Assembly (NCBI GenBank): GCA_964611385.1
Contig: CAZSXS010000001.1
Span: 31,058-95,057, forward strand
Origin: an uncultured Defluviitaleaceae bacterium
Lineage (GTDB): Bacteria; Bacillota; Clostridia; Lachnospirales; CAYPQA01
Length of the DNA: 64,000 bases
Direction: 5' to 3'
Part shown: positions 27,096 to 35,992 of the stretch, in pieces
Position numbering within the stretch: the first letter of the stretch is position 1
Layout of the letters: each line of letters opens with the position of its first letter
Notes under the pieces: model-generated
Told to the model about the DNA's origin: nothing
Database searches by the model: none
Seen by the model: the letters and a program-made list of their open reading frames with translations, nothing else
Program-made: the position numbers and the translations under genes

Positions 27096-28388
27096 AAACA
27101 TAACTTTAAACACAATATGATTCTTTCCATTCGTTGTTCGATTGAAAGCAAGCACGGAGGCGTTGAAGTCCTCGACTATTCGGCGGAGGCTATAAAGACC
27201 CAAGCCCCGGTCGCTGCCTTTTTTTGTGCTGTATCCTTTTTTAAAGAGTCTTTGTAGCACTTCATCTGAAAGCAGGGGGCAGGCGTTGCTCACCTCAATG
27301 ACCAGAGCTTCATACTGACGATAGATACGCACCAGTACCATCTCTGGCTCTTGATCCTGTGCTCTTTCCTGTACGGCTTCGACAGCATTATCGATCAAGA
27401 TGCCAAAGATTTCAGACAAGTGATAGTCATCAATATCAGCCGCCAAGCCATAGTCCCCTAGCTCAACCTCTACTCGTATCCCCAGGTTTTCTGCATCCAT
27501 GACCTTGGAGGCAATAAGTGCGGAAACAAAGGGGCGTTTGATGTCCAAAAAGCGGGAAAGATATTTGTTTTCGCCGGAAACCTTAGTATATTCAGCAATG
27601 GCAGCCGACAGGCTTTCGTGGGTATGGAACATATTAGGGAGCATGGATATAGCTTGCGTGCGGTTTTTTTCTTCATGAAGGCGGTTCCGCAGCCGGGCAA
27701 TGGATTCGTTAAACACCTCCATAAAGCGGGCGTCTCCCGTACTTTTTTCCTTGCTTGAAAGCGAACTTGATTCATAAAGCAGGCCATTCAATAGGTTTAG
27801 TAAAATCAGAAAGGGAAGAAGGGCAAAAATGAGATAAGAGGGAAGCAAGGCTCCCATGCGATGACTAAGGATAAGCAAAAAAAGGAAGATGAAAAGGTTA
27901 AAGAGAATTCGCTTTGTAAGCAGGGGTTTTTTCGTCATGAGCCCAAAAAGCCGATCCAGAGGTAAGCCAAGTAGTAGTACTCCTACCAAGCCGGTACAGA
28001 TCCCCCTTAGCAGCAGTTCCCGTTGAAATACCTCCATGTCTTCCAGGGGGAGCAGAAAATGAAGGGCAAAAAAACGAAGCCCCAGCCAAAGAGCGCCCAC
28101 AATGCAAACAGAAACGAGGCACACATGAAAGGCATCCGTCCACTTGAGCTTGAACAGCCCCTTTAGGCTGAGGAGCAGAATGAGTAGGTAAACCATCTCA
28201 TCAATGGTTGTTTCTGTTCGTACACAAAGTGTATAAAGCAAGGTGGCCATCAGTACAGAGCCTAAAAGCTTCACTACTCGTGCTACTGAGGGCCTTTGTA
28301 GGCTGTAGCCTGTCATTTTGGCAGCCACAAGCACGGGCAACAGAACGTCAAAGAAATTGCCAGCATAGGATTGTAAAAGGATATACAT
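27093..28388 (-). CDS. AgrC/ComD-like (HPK10-type) membrane sensor histidine kinase
   Basis: About 6 N-terminal TM helices and a GHKL ATPase domain (ILIDNAVEA, GSDRGLGLYSLRRIV). Overlaps the upstream LytTR regulator stop (TAATG). Confidence 0.8.
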   Translation of the reverse strand: MYILLQSYAGNFFDVLLPVLVAAKMTGYSLQRPSVARVVKLLGSVLMATLLYTLCVRTETTIDEMVYLLILLLSLKGLFKLKWTDAFHVCLVSVCIVGALWLGLRFFALHFLLPLEDMEVFQRELLLRGICTGLVGVLLLGLPLDRLFGLMTKKPLLTKRILFNLFIFLFLLILSHRMGALLPSYLIFALLPFLILLNLLNGLLYESSSLSSKEKSTGDARFMEVFNESIARLRNRLHEEKNRTQAISMLPNMFHTHESLSAAIAEYTKVSGENKYLSRFLDIKRPFVSALIASKVMDAENLGIRVEVELGDYGLAADIDDYHLSEIFGILIDNAVEAVQERAQDQEPEMVLVRIYRQYEALVIEVSNACPLLSDEVLQRLFKKGYSTKKGSDRGLGLYSLRRIVEDFNASVLAFNRTTNGKNHIVFKVMF

Positions 28389-29101
28389 TATTTTCCACCT
28401 GTCAGATTGGGCTTGAAGGCTCGGCCAATGGGTAGATTTTTATGCGGCTTTCGTAATAAGAGCTCTGAACCCGAGGCATCCACCTTGATGACATAATTCA
28501 TGTTAACGATGTAACTTTTGTGGCATTGCACAAAGGGTTCACTTAGCTTTTGCAGGAGTTGTTTTAAGGAATAATTTTTGATCACAAGCACATCGTCTGC
28601 CAGCCACACCGTTATATCATGGGACATGCATTCGATGTACACGATATCCTCCTTAATCAGCCGATATCGCTTCCCTCCGGCTTCAAGCTCCAGAATGCTT
28701 CCCTTTTTCACCGACTTGTTGGCAAAGATCGTCTTTAGGGCTTCCACCAGGTCTTGTTTTCGGAAGGGTTTTTCCAAAAATTGATAACAGTGGGTTTCGT
28801 TGATCGCCTCAAAGACGGTTCCGGGATTGGCGGTTATGTAAATAATGGGGGCATCAGCATAACGGGGATGATGCAGTGCATATTTTCCCACCTCTATACC
28901 AGCCTTATTATTTTTCGGAATGGCAATATCCAGCAAAAACAGGTCAATATACCCCTTGTCAATATGCTCTATGGCTTCCCGTACCGTTCCGGCGTTATAA
29001 ATATGCACTACCCGCCCCAGCTCGGCAAAGGCGTCGGTGACAATCTGCCCCACCCCCTTTTGGATAATCAGGTCATCCTCAAATATCAGAACACTAAACA
29101 T
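28388..29101 (-). CDS. LytR/AlgR (LytTR) family response regulator
   Basis: Receiver domain (MFSVLIFEDD...LLDIAIP) plus a LytTR DNA-binding domain (IVYIECMSHDITVW...CHKSYIVNMNYV). The ATG at 29101 lies 6 nt after AAGGAGG. Confidence 0.9.
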   Translation of the reverse strand: MFSVLIFEDDLIIQKGVGQIVTDAFAELGRVVHIYNAGTVREAIEHIDKGYIDLFLLDIAIPKNNKAGIEVGKYALHHPRYADAPIIYITANPGTVFEAINETHCYQFLEKPFRKQDLVEALKTIFANKSVKKGSILELEAGGKRYRLIKEDIVYIECMSHDITVWLADDVLVIKNYSLKQLLQKLSEPFVQCHKSYIVNMNYVIKVDASGSELLLRKPHKNLPIGRAFKPNLTGGK

Positions 29102-29166
29102 TTCGTCCTCCTTATTGTATGAAAGCTGCTCGCAAGCTGTTTCGGGTGGTATCCCGTCTGTTGCTT

Positions 29167-29931
29167 TCATCGGATCGTTTTATGCAACTTGTGTCCGCTC
29201 ATAGTATAGACGGCTAACAGGACAAGAACGAGATACCACAAGCGTATCACTGACCAACCAACGAAGGGCTGCATTCGGTAGCTGTCGGCAGTAAACTTCA
29301 AGCAATCTGATACCATAGATACGATGGGTCTTTCATAGCTATGCCACAGGGATTCATGCGATTTTAAATAAACCGGCTTCCCAGGTAGCAGGTGTTCCAG
29401 TTGTAGCTTGGTATAGAGAGCAAGGGTAGCGCTTAGACTGATCTTTTGATTCTGGGTGTTATACAGCATCAGGATCGGAAAGGAAAATTTGCTGCCAAAC
29501 CCCAGACTTTGCGTATCTGTGCGGCAGTCAATCAAAATCAACATGTCCACTACTTTATAATTTGTAAGGCTTTGTAGCAGGGGGATCGCTTGCATTTCCA
29601 CCGCAACCAATCCCAGAGTCTTTTGCTCAGCAAAGACAGCTTGGAGTGGCGTGAGATTCGTATCATAGGCAACATAAACACTAAAGCCTTGCTGATAGTA
29701 AGAACGCAGCAGGGCTTTTCCCATTTCGTTCTCTTTGTCCGGCACCAGCAGTAGGATCGCGCGCTCCCCGTTTTTATAATAACTAAAGGTTTCAGTAGCA
29801 AGCGTGGGTCTAAAGGGAAGCATGCCCAGGATGTAAAGTCCTAACCATATCAATAGAAGCACCAGGCCTATAAGCCAGGATGTTTTAACTTTTTTAATAA
29901 GACATTCCCCTTTCCTGTTATCCACCACCAA
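29167..29931 (-). CDS. hypothetical membrane protein (N- and C-terminal TM segments)
   Basis: 254-aa ORF that heads the kinase/regulator operon. It has TM helices at both ends. It is not similar to AgrB by eye. Confidence 0.5.
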   Translation of the reverse strand: MVVDNRKGECLIKKVKTSWLIGLVLLLIWLGLYILGMLPFRPTLATETFSYYKNGERAILLLVPDKENEMGKALLRSYYQQGFSVYVAYDTNLTPLQAVFAEQKTLGLVAVEMQAIPLLQSLTNYKVVDMLILIDCRTDTQSLGFGSKFSFPILMLYNTQNQKISLSATLALYTKLQLEHLLPGKPVYLKSHESLWHSYERPIVSMVSDCLKFTADSYRMQPFVGWSVIRLWYLVLVLLAVYTMSGHKLHKTIR

Positions 29932-30033
29932 ATATACCGGCAGTAGTATAGCAAACCCAGTGTTTCTGTGTCAATCTTGCACTTTTTTTCTCGCCTTTTC
30001 TCCATTTGACTGTATACCGTTCAAAAGTTTTCA

Positions 30034-30064
30034 GTTGTTCGTGCTGTATATGGGTTGTTTGTGC
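30034..30064 (+). promoter_or_regulatory. putative LytTR-type direct-repeat binding site
   Basis: GTTGTTCGTGC (30034-30044) and GTTGTTTGTGC (30054-30064) are 11-bp direct repeats with 20-bp periodicity. They lie about 80 bp upstream of the 30142 gene and face the LytTR operon. Confidence 0.4.
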
Positions 30065-30141
30065 AGCGCGTCTTGAAGGATGAGCTTTGATGGCGTATTG
30101 TTGTTTCAAAGGAAATGACAACAATAAGGGGAGGGAAAAGA

Positions 30142-30657
30142 ATGAAGAAAAATTGGAAGAAAAAAATAATGTGGGTGGCTGGGGTCTGCTCGGCTTTAGC
30201 ATTGGCTTTCTTTCTGTATAACTACCTAAAACCCGCCGCTGTGGAAACGGTAGCCGGATTAGAGTTTGAAAACGCTACCCTGGGTATCTTGCCGGGAATT
30301 GATTTGGATGCCAGACAGAAAGAACTGCAAGAGATCCTGGATAAAAGCATGATTGCCTTTTCCATCAATACCAACCCAACCTTTGCCGACGGAGAGGCTC
30401 TGGGCAATCTGATGATTGAAAACCCGGAGAACAATGCAAAGCTTTTGGTGGTTGAGGTCTACTTGGATCTCACGAAGGAACTGGTCTACAAATCTAAAGC
30501 CATTAAACCGGGCTACTTCATTGAGGAAGTCAAGTTGGACACAAAGCTTTCTGAGGGCACCTATCCTGCAACCGCTTTCTTTAAGGGTTATACAGAGGAT
30601 ACCCAGGAATTTATCGGGCAGGCCGGTATGGAAATACTATTGCACATTATGAGTTAA
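30142..30657 (+). CDS. hypothetical exported protein
   Basis: ATG after GGGGAGGG. N-terminal signal/anchor (MKKNWKKKIMWVAGVCSALALAFFL). Divergent from the LytTR operon. Confidence 0.6.
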   Translation: MKKNWKKKIMWVAGVCSALALAFFLYNYLKPAAVETVAGLEFENATLGILPGIDLDARQKELQEILDKSMIAFSINTNPTFADGEALGNLMIENPENNAKLLVVEVYLDLTKELVYKSKAIKPGYFIEEVKLDTKLSEGTYPATAFFKGYTEDTQEFIGQAGMEILLHIMS

Positions 30658-30732
30658 ACGCTCTTGAAACCGGCTTGTGGCAGTGTTAGGCCAAGTTCAA
30701 GAGAGAGGAAAAAAGAACAAGGAGGATTCAGT

Positions 30733-31335
30733 ATGAAAAGAAAGATTATTGCTGTTTTGGCTGCACTATCACTCAGCAGTGGCTTGGTGTATGCCTCGAA
30801 CTACAACAGTGTGGATGTTACGGTGGGAGAGGGGCGGGAGATGACCATGATCGGTTCTGTCCTTCCTTCTATAGTCTCTGTAACCATCCCCACCACCGTT
30901 CCCTTTGATATGAGTAAGAATTTGAGCGGCGAAAACAAAGCCGTGTCCCCGGTTGTTCCCTTCCGGAACAATTCAGCCTCTACCCTGTATGTTTCCATTC
31001 GGCAAACTACCATTGATATCAGCAAGTTTCCTGGAACGGCCTGGAGTGACGATGGCGTTGTGTATGAAAATGATAACAGTATCGCCGTGGGCTTTATGCG
31101 AGTGACCTCTGATTCAGCCTTGCGTCCCACAGACATTGAAGACAACAAGACCACTTGGCTGATTAAAGGCGCCTTTAGCCAAGGCTTGGTGGAAATTCCC
31201 AAGAACTCATCCAAATTTACTTATGTAGTCGGTAAAATCGGTAAGTCAGTACCCGAAACCGGCGGTACAAACTTTACCGTTGTTCCAACCTTTGTGGTAA
31301 CCACAACGACAGCAGGGCTTAGCTATAAAGAGTAA
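30733..31335 (+). CDS. hypothetical secreted protein
   Basis: ATG 7 nt after GGAGG. Cleavable signal peptide (MKRKIIAVLAALSLSSGLVYA) on a beta-rich protein. A terminator follows. Confidence 0.6.
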   Translation: MKRKIIAVLAALSLSSGLVYASNYNSVDVTVGEGREMTMIGSVLPSIVSVTIPTTVPFDMSKNLSGENKAVSPVVPFRNNSASTLYVSIRQTTIDISKFPGTAWSDDGVVYENDNSIAVGFMRVTSDSALRPTDIEDNKTTWLIKGAFSQGLVEIPKNSSKFTYVVGKIGKSVPETGGTNFTVVPTFVVTTTTAGLSYKE

Positions 31336-31423
31336 GCTTGCTATATTACAAACGAGCATTAGTATCACAGCACGTGCCAAAAGAGCCATTACGGTACAAT
31401 CTCCTTGAACCTTAATTGGATAC

Positions 31424-31477
31424 CAAAAAACAGCCAAACTCGAAAGCGAGACTCGCTTCGTGTTTGGCTGTTTTTTG
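31424..31477. terminator. bidirectional terminator at the left edge of the metal-resistance cluster
   Basis: AAAAAACAGCCAAAC...GTTTGGCTGTTTTTT with an inner CGAAAGCGAG/CTCGCTTCG hairpin. Confidence 0.85.
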
Positions 31478-31512
31478 TGGTGTAGCTTTCAACTCGCTGT
31501 TGTATAAGCTAC

Positions 31513-32646
31513 CTAATGACTATGTACATGATGCAAATCCGGCGTATGAGGATGAGCATGGCAGACTTCCTCATGCGTGTGCATATGGCTATGTTCTATT
31601 ATAGAAGATGTACGCCTTTTCGCATGAGTAAGGTTTTGTTTGGCCGTATGATGGAGACGATCCTCCTTTTGCGTTTGGTTAAAATCATCATGCTTATGTG
31701 TATGATGCAAATCATCATGCCTGTGCTTATGCTCGTGTTTCATTCTTTCGTGGGTGTGCTCGTGGTCATGGGTTTCTACGGTGCCAAAATAAGTGCCAAT
31801 CAGCATAAGGCCAAAAGCAACTCCAAAGGACAGTGAAGGTTGCGCCTTAAAGAGCAAAAAGGAAATCAACACACCGATAAAGGGTGCAACAGCGTAATAC
31901 GCACTGGTTCTGGCGGCCCCCAGTTCCCGTTGTGCGAGTATGTAGAAATAAATGCTCAACCCATAAGCGACGAAGCCAAGCAGCAGGGCAGCAAGTATAT
32001 GCAGAGCCGTAGCCTGGTATTCTTTCAAAAAAACAGCGATCAACAATGCACCAAAGCCTGAGCCAAAACCCTTGATAACCACAATTTGCATAGGATCCTT
32101 TAAGGACAGCATTCTTGTACAATTGTTTTCAAATCCCCAGCACAAGCAAGCTAAAAGAACGAAAACAGAGCCCATGGAAAAGCGAATGTTCACAATGGAA
32201 TCCACTGAGAGAATTGTAGTCGATATGGTGACTAAAGCTATGGCAATCCACATTCGTTTACCGATGGCTTCTTTAAAGATCAGCAGCGCAATCAGCGAAG
32301 TAACAACGATTTCGAAGTTGTTCAGCAAAGCGACACTGGCTGGGCTGGATGTGGAAATGCCCAACATTAAAAAGATTGGGGCGGCAATGTCTAAGATTAT
32401 CATGGACAAAACAAAAGGAAGCTCCTTTTTTGTGATTCGAGCTTCCTTTTGTTCCGGCTGCTCTGCCTTGGACTTGCTTGTCAAAACTTGAATGGCAAGC
32501 ATACCCAGTCCGACCCCCAAGTAAAGCAGAGCCGCCAAGAGCGTAGGCGATAGACGCTGTAATAAAACCTTAGAGAAGGGTGCGGATATTCCGTAAAAGA
32601 CTGCGGCCAGTATAGCAGTAACGATCCCTATATTTTTCCCCTTCAA
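31513..32646 (-). CDS. DMT/EamA-family transporter with histidine-rich C-terminal tail
   Basis: 10-TM EamA-type duplication. About 90-aa tail rich in H/D/E/K (HDHEHTHERMKHEHKHRHDDLHHTHKHDD...HMHTHEEVCHAHPHTPDLHHVHSH). I propose the TTG start at 32646, 7 nt after AAAGGAG. The ORF-track start is 32697. Confidence 0.7.
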   Translation of the reverse strand: MKGKNIGIVTAILAAVFYGISAPFSKVLLQRLSPTLLAALLYLGVGLGMLAIQVLTSKSKAEQPEQKEARITKKELPFVLSMIILDIAAPIFLMLGISTSSPASVALLNNFEIVVTSLIALLIFKEAIGKRMWIAIALVTISTTILSVDSIVNIRFSMGSVFVLLACLCWGFENNCTRMLSLKDPMQIVVIKGFGSGFGALLIAVFLKEYQATALHILAALLLGFVAYGLSIYFYILAQRELGAARTSAYYAVAPFIGVLISFLLFKAQPSLSFGVAFGLMLIGTYFGTVETHDHEHTHERMKHEHKHRHDDLHHTHKHDDFNQTQKEDRLHHTAKQNLTHAKRRTSSIIEHSHMHTHEEVCHAHPHTPDLHHVHSH

Positions 32647-32746
32647 AATCTCATCTCCTTTTAGCCAAAGGCCTTCGGAACAAGCTATCAGAGGCAACCC
32701 TCTGAAAATCTAACAAAGGTTGCCTTCAAAAAACTTTTCCAAAGGC

Positions 32747-33340
32747 CTAATGGCTTAACGTTATATATCGATTTACCCGACGGATATAGTCAGCATACTG
32801 CTGTTTAAAGACAGACAACAAATATTTTTCTTCATTTAAGATCTGCCGATGAAAGATCAGCAGGCCACATATAGCAAAGACAAGGTTCAACAGATTGGAG
32901 AAGCAAAAAGCTATGCCTACATATAAAAGATCAAAACCCACGAAAGCCGGATTCCTACTGATTTTGTAAATTCCATTCGTTACCAGTTCAGTTTTTTGTG
33001 AGCTGTCAATTCCAGCACGCCAATTTGATTTCATTGTGATTGTGGAAACGGTGAAAAAGAGAACGCCGATGAATGCCAGCGCAAGCCCCGTAGGCCGTAA
33101 GTAGCGAATCTCAAACAGGAGTGGTACAGTCGGCAATAAAATACTGCCGACCTGCACAACTGCCATGCTATAGGTAAAGAGCAGCGCTATCCGTTCAAAG
33201 CGCCTGACCTCTTCTGGCTTTTCACCTTTGCCAAGTCTGTTTGCTTTTATTCCTATGTTCTTTAAGTTCAGTGCTTTTATAAAGTATGTTATATAAAAAA
33301 ATCCAACGATGAATAAGGCGATCATTTGAAAATAATCCAT
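32747..33340 (-). CDS. isoprenylcysteine carboxyl / phospholipid methyltransferase-family membrane protein
   Basis: Multi-TM protein with the family-like block GIYKISRNPAFVGFDLLYVG. ATG 7 nt after AAGGAG. Confidence 0.55.
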   Translation of the reverse strand: MDYFQMIALFIVGFFYITYFIKALNLKNIGIKANRLGKGEKPEEVRRFERIALLFTYSMAVVQVGSILLPTVPLLFEIRYLRPTGLALAFIGVLFFTVSTITMKSNWRAGIDSSQKTELVTNGIYKISRNPAFVGFDLLYVGIAFCFSNLLNLVFAICGLLIFHRQILNEEKYLLSVFKQQYADYIRRVNRYITLSH

Positions 33341-33344
33341 ACAG

Positions 33345-35213
33345 TTACTCCTTAATGTCAATTGTACTCTTTTTTATATTCATCACTCGCATGGCATTCA
33401 AAATCGCAAGCACAGATACGCCCACATCTGCAAAAACAGCCTCCCACATGGAAGCCATCCCACCAGCCCCCAGAACCAGGACAAGCACCTTGATGACCAG
33501 TGCAAACCAAATGTTCTGCTTTACAATCCCCAGCGTTCTTTTGGATAGCTTGATGGCCGCTGTCAGCTTGGACGGCTCGTCGGTCATGATCACAATATCA
33601 GCAGCCTCAATGGCAGCATCTGAACCTAGACCGCCCATGGCAATCCCGATATCAGCACGGGCAAGCACCGGGGCATCATTAATCCCATCACCCACAAAGG
33701 CAAGCTTTCCTTTTTTGGACTTCTCAGTCAAAAGCTTTTCCACCAGGGTCACCTTATCGGTTGGCAAGAGTTCAGTGTACACAGCATCCAGTTCTAGTTC
33801 CTTGGCAACCTTGGCCCCAACGCTTTTCGAATCACCAGTCAGCATAACGGTCTTCTGTATGCCCGCATTTTTTAGGCTGCGAATGGCCTCAGCAGCATCT
33901 TCCTTGATTTCATCGGATATAACGATATAGCCTGCAAATATTCCATTTATTGCAACATAAACAAGGGTTCCGACTTGCTCTGCATGGGGAAACGGAATGC
34001 TCATTGTTTGCATAAGCTTTTGGTTCCCAGCATAGATTGTTTTGCCGTCTATCACGGCCTTGACCCCGTGTCCAGCAATTTCCTCTACTTCTGTGATTCT
34101 TGTGCTGTCTATTGTTGCGCCAAAGGCCTTTTTGAGGGAAACAGAGATCGGATGAGTGGAATAGCTTTCTGCCATTGCTGCCAGCTCAAGGAGCTTTTGG
34201 GAAGGTAAGGTTTCCGAATGAATTTCTGTGACCTCAAATACACCCTTGGTCAGTGTGCCCGTTTTATCAAACACTACAATCTCAGTAGAAGAAAGCGCCT
34301 CCAGATAATTGCTTCCTTTCACCAAAATCCCTTGCCGAGACGCTCCTCCGATTCCGCCGAAAAAGCCAAGAGGAATCGAAATCACCAAAGCACAGGGGCA
34401 AGATATGACCAGAAAGGTTAGCGCCCGATAAATCCACTCAGAAAAAGTTGCGCCGCTGATCAGCAGTGGAGGGACCACAGCTAGACAGGCTGCGATAATT
34501 ACAACAGCAGGGGTATAGTATCTGGCAAACTTGGTAATAAAATTTTCGGAATTTGATTTTCTGGAGCTTGCATTTTCAACCAAGTCAAGGATTTTTGTAA
34601 CCGTTGATTCGCCATATTCCTTTGTGACTTCCACGGTCAGCAGACCGTTTATATTAATACAGCCGCTTAAAACCTCTGTTCCAGCCGAAACATCACGAGG
34701 TAAGGATTCACCGGTTAGGGCGGAGGTGTCAATGACACCATTCCCTTCAAGGACTTTGCCGTCAAGAGGAACCCGTTCGCCGGGCTTGATGAGGATGACC
34801 TCGCCGATCCGAACCTCATCAGGGTCTAACTGGATCACTTCACTGCCGCGTTTCACATTTGCATAGTCGGGACGTATGTCCATCAGGCTTGCAATGGACT
34901 TTCTGGACTTATTCACGGCATAGTCCTGAAAAAATTCCCCAAGTTGGTAAAACAGCATGACCGCAACCGCTTCGGGATATTCCCCGATCAGGAAAGCTCC
35001 AATGGTAGCGATTGTCATCAGAAAATTTTCATCCAGTACATTACCACGGAAAATATTTTGAATCGCACTTACAAGCACATCTCCACCAATAATGAGATAT
35101 CCCACAAGAAAAATCAAAAGTGGAAGGAAAGCTGAATCCGTTTTCCAAAGCAGCCCAAGGGCAAAAAACAGGCCACCGCCGACAATTTTTGCAACTCTAA
35201 GTTTGTTTGTCAC
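33345..35213 (-). CDS. cadA: heavy-metal (Cd/Zn/Co-type) P1B-type ATPase lacking an N-terminal metal-binding domain
   Basis: Motifs TGES, transmembrane CPC (SCPCALV), DKTGTLT and GDGINDAP. The HMA domain is encoded as a separate upstream gene. Confidence 0.8.
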   Translation of the reverse strand: MTNKLRVAKIVGGGLFFALGLLWKTDSAFLPLLIFLVGYLIIGGDVLVSAIQNIFRGNVLDENFLMTIATIGAFLIGEYPEAVAVMLFYQLGEFFQDYAVNKSRKSIASLMDIRPDYANVKRGSEVIQLDPDEVRIGEVILIKPGERVPLDGKVLEGNGVIDTSALTGESLPRDVSAGTEVLSGCININGLLTVEVTKEYGESTVTKILDLVENASSRKSNSENFITKFARYYTPAVVIIAACLAVVPPLLISGATFSEWIYRALTFLVISCPCALVISIPLGFFGGIGGASRQGILVKGSNYLEALSSTEIVVFDKTGTLTKGVFEVTEIHSETLPSQKLLELAAMAESYSTHPISVSLKKAFGATIDSTRITEVEEIAGHGVKAVIDGKTIYAGNQKLMQTMSIPFPHAEQVGTLVYVAINGIFAGYIVISDEIKEDAAEAIRSLKNAGIQKTVMLTGDSKSVGAKVAKELELDAVYTELLPTDKVTLVEKLLTEKSKKGKLAFVGDGINDAPVLARADIGIAMGGLGSDAAIEAADIVIMTDEPSKLTAAIKLSKRTLGIVKQNIWFALVIKVLVLVLGAGGMASMWEAVFADVGVSVLAILNAMRVMNIKKSTIDIKE

Positions 35214-35226
35214 ACGCCCTCCCCCT

Positions 35227-35448
35227 TTAAACCTTTTTCAGTACAACTGAAGGAGAAAGCTTTTTCACAACAAGCTCAATCTCCTTTATTAAGCCATCCA
35301 CTTTTTCTTCACTGGTTTCAAAAGAAAGCTTGGTTGTCATAAAGTTCACCGTCGCTTGCTCAATCCCTTCTATTTTATTAATTGCCCGCTCAATTTTTGC
35401 TGCACAGTTTGCACAGTCTAATCCCTCAAGTTTAAAATTCTTTTTCAT
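35227..35448 (-). CDS. heavy-metal-associated (HMA) domain metallochaperone
   Basis: 73 aa with the metal-binding loop GLDCANCAAKIE. Sits immediately upstream of the P-type ATPase. Confidence 0.8.
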   Translation of the reverse strand: MKKNFKLEGLDCANCAAKIERAINKIEGIEQATVNFMTTKLSFETSEEKVDGLIKEIELVVKKLSPSVVLKKV

Positions 35449-35474
35449 TGTAAAAATTCCCCCTCAAATGAATG

Positions 35475-35891
35475 TTATTCTTCTAAATGTTCCAAGCCTT
35501 GATTTAGAATGGACTTGATGTGATGATCTGAAAGCGAATAAAACACAACCTTCCCTTCTCGCCTAAATTTAACAAGTCTGTTCGATTTTAGGACTTTGAG
35601 CTGATGAGAAATTGCGGATTGACTCATATTCAGTATACTAGCAATATCGCACACGCACATCTCCGATTCAAACAGAACATACAAAATCTTGATGCGAGTC
35701 GTGTCGCCAAAAACCTTATAAAGCTCAGCCAGATCATACAGTATCTCATCATCCGGCATCTTCTCGTTTACGCTTCTTACAACATCCTCATGAACACAAA
35801 GGCGCTCGCAGGTCGGTAAGCTGCTCTTATCATTTGTTTTGTTCGTTTCGTTTGTTTCGTTCGTTTCGTTTGTTTCGTTTGTTTCGTTCAT
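35475..35891 (-). CDS. cadC: ArsR/SmtB-family metalloregulator (CadC-like) with N-terminal (NET)n repeat
   Basis: alpha3 CVC site (SEMCVCDIA), N-terminal Cys pair (PTCERLC) and a winged HTH (SQSAISHQLKVLK). I prefer the ATG at 35891 (AGGTGA 8 nt upstream). The ORF-track GTG is at 35903. Confidence 0.7.
   Translation of the reverse strand: MNETNETNETNETNETNKTNDKSSLPTCERLCVHEDVVRSVNEKMPDDEILYDLAELYKVFGDTTRIKILYVLFESEMCVCDIASILNMSQSAISHQLKVLKSNRLVKFRREGKVVFYSLSDHHIKSILNQGLEHLEE
35839..35889 (-). repeat. in-frame 9-bp tandem repeat encoding (NET)4-NKT at the cadC-like N-terminus
   Basis: The plus strand reads GTTTCGTTT/GTTTCGTTC units. The peptide is MNETNETNETNETNKTND. Confidence 0.85.
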
Positions 35892-35992
35892 TTTTATTTT
35901 CACCTAACCTTTCTACGAATTTATATATGAGCAATCGTTCATATGAACTATACAGGATTCTCTAGATTCTGTCAAGATCAAAAATTTGGGCC

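Noticed and set aside
29167-29931. The first gene of the LytTR operon as an AgrB-type peptide-processing protease, which would complete an agr locus.
   Set aside because: It has only terminal TM segments around a large soluble middle, unlike the polytopic ~190-aa AgrB. No AgrD-like short ORF is adjacent.
31516-31836. Plus-strand 106-aa M/H/R-rich ORF at the 3' end of the DMT gene.
   Set aside because: It is the antisense reading of the histidine-rich tail codons (CAT/CAC read as ATG/GTG). It has no independent support.
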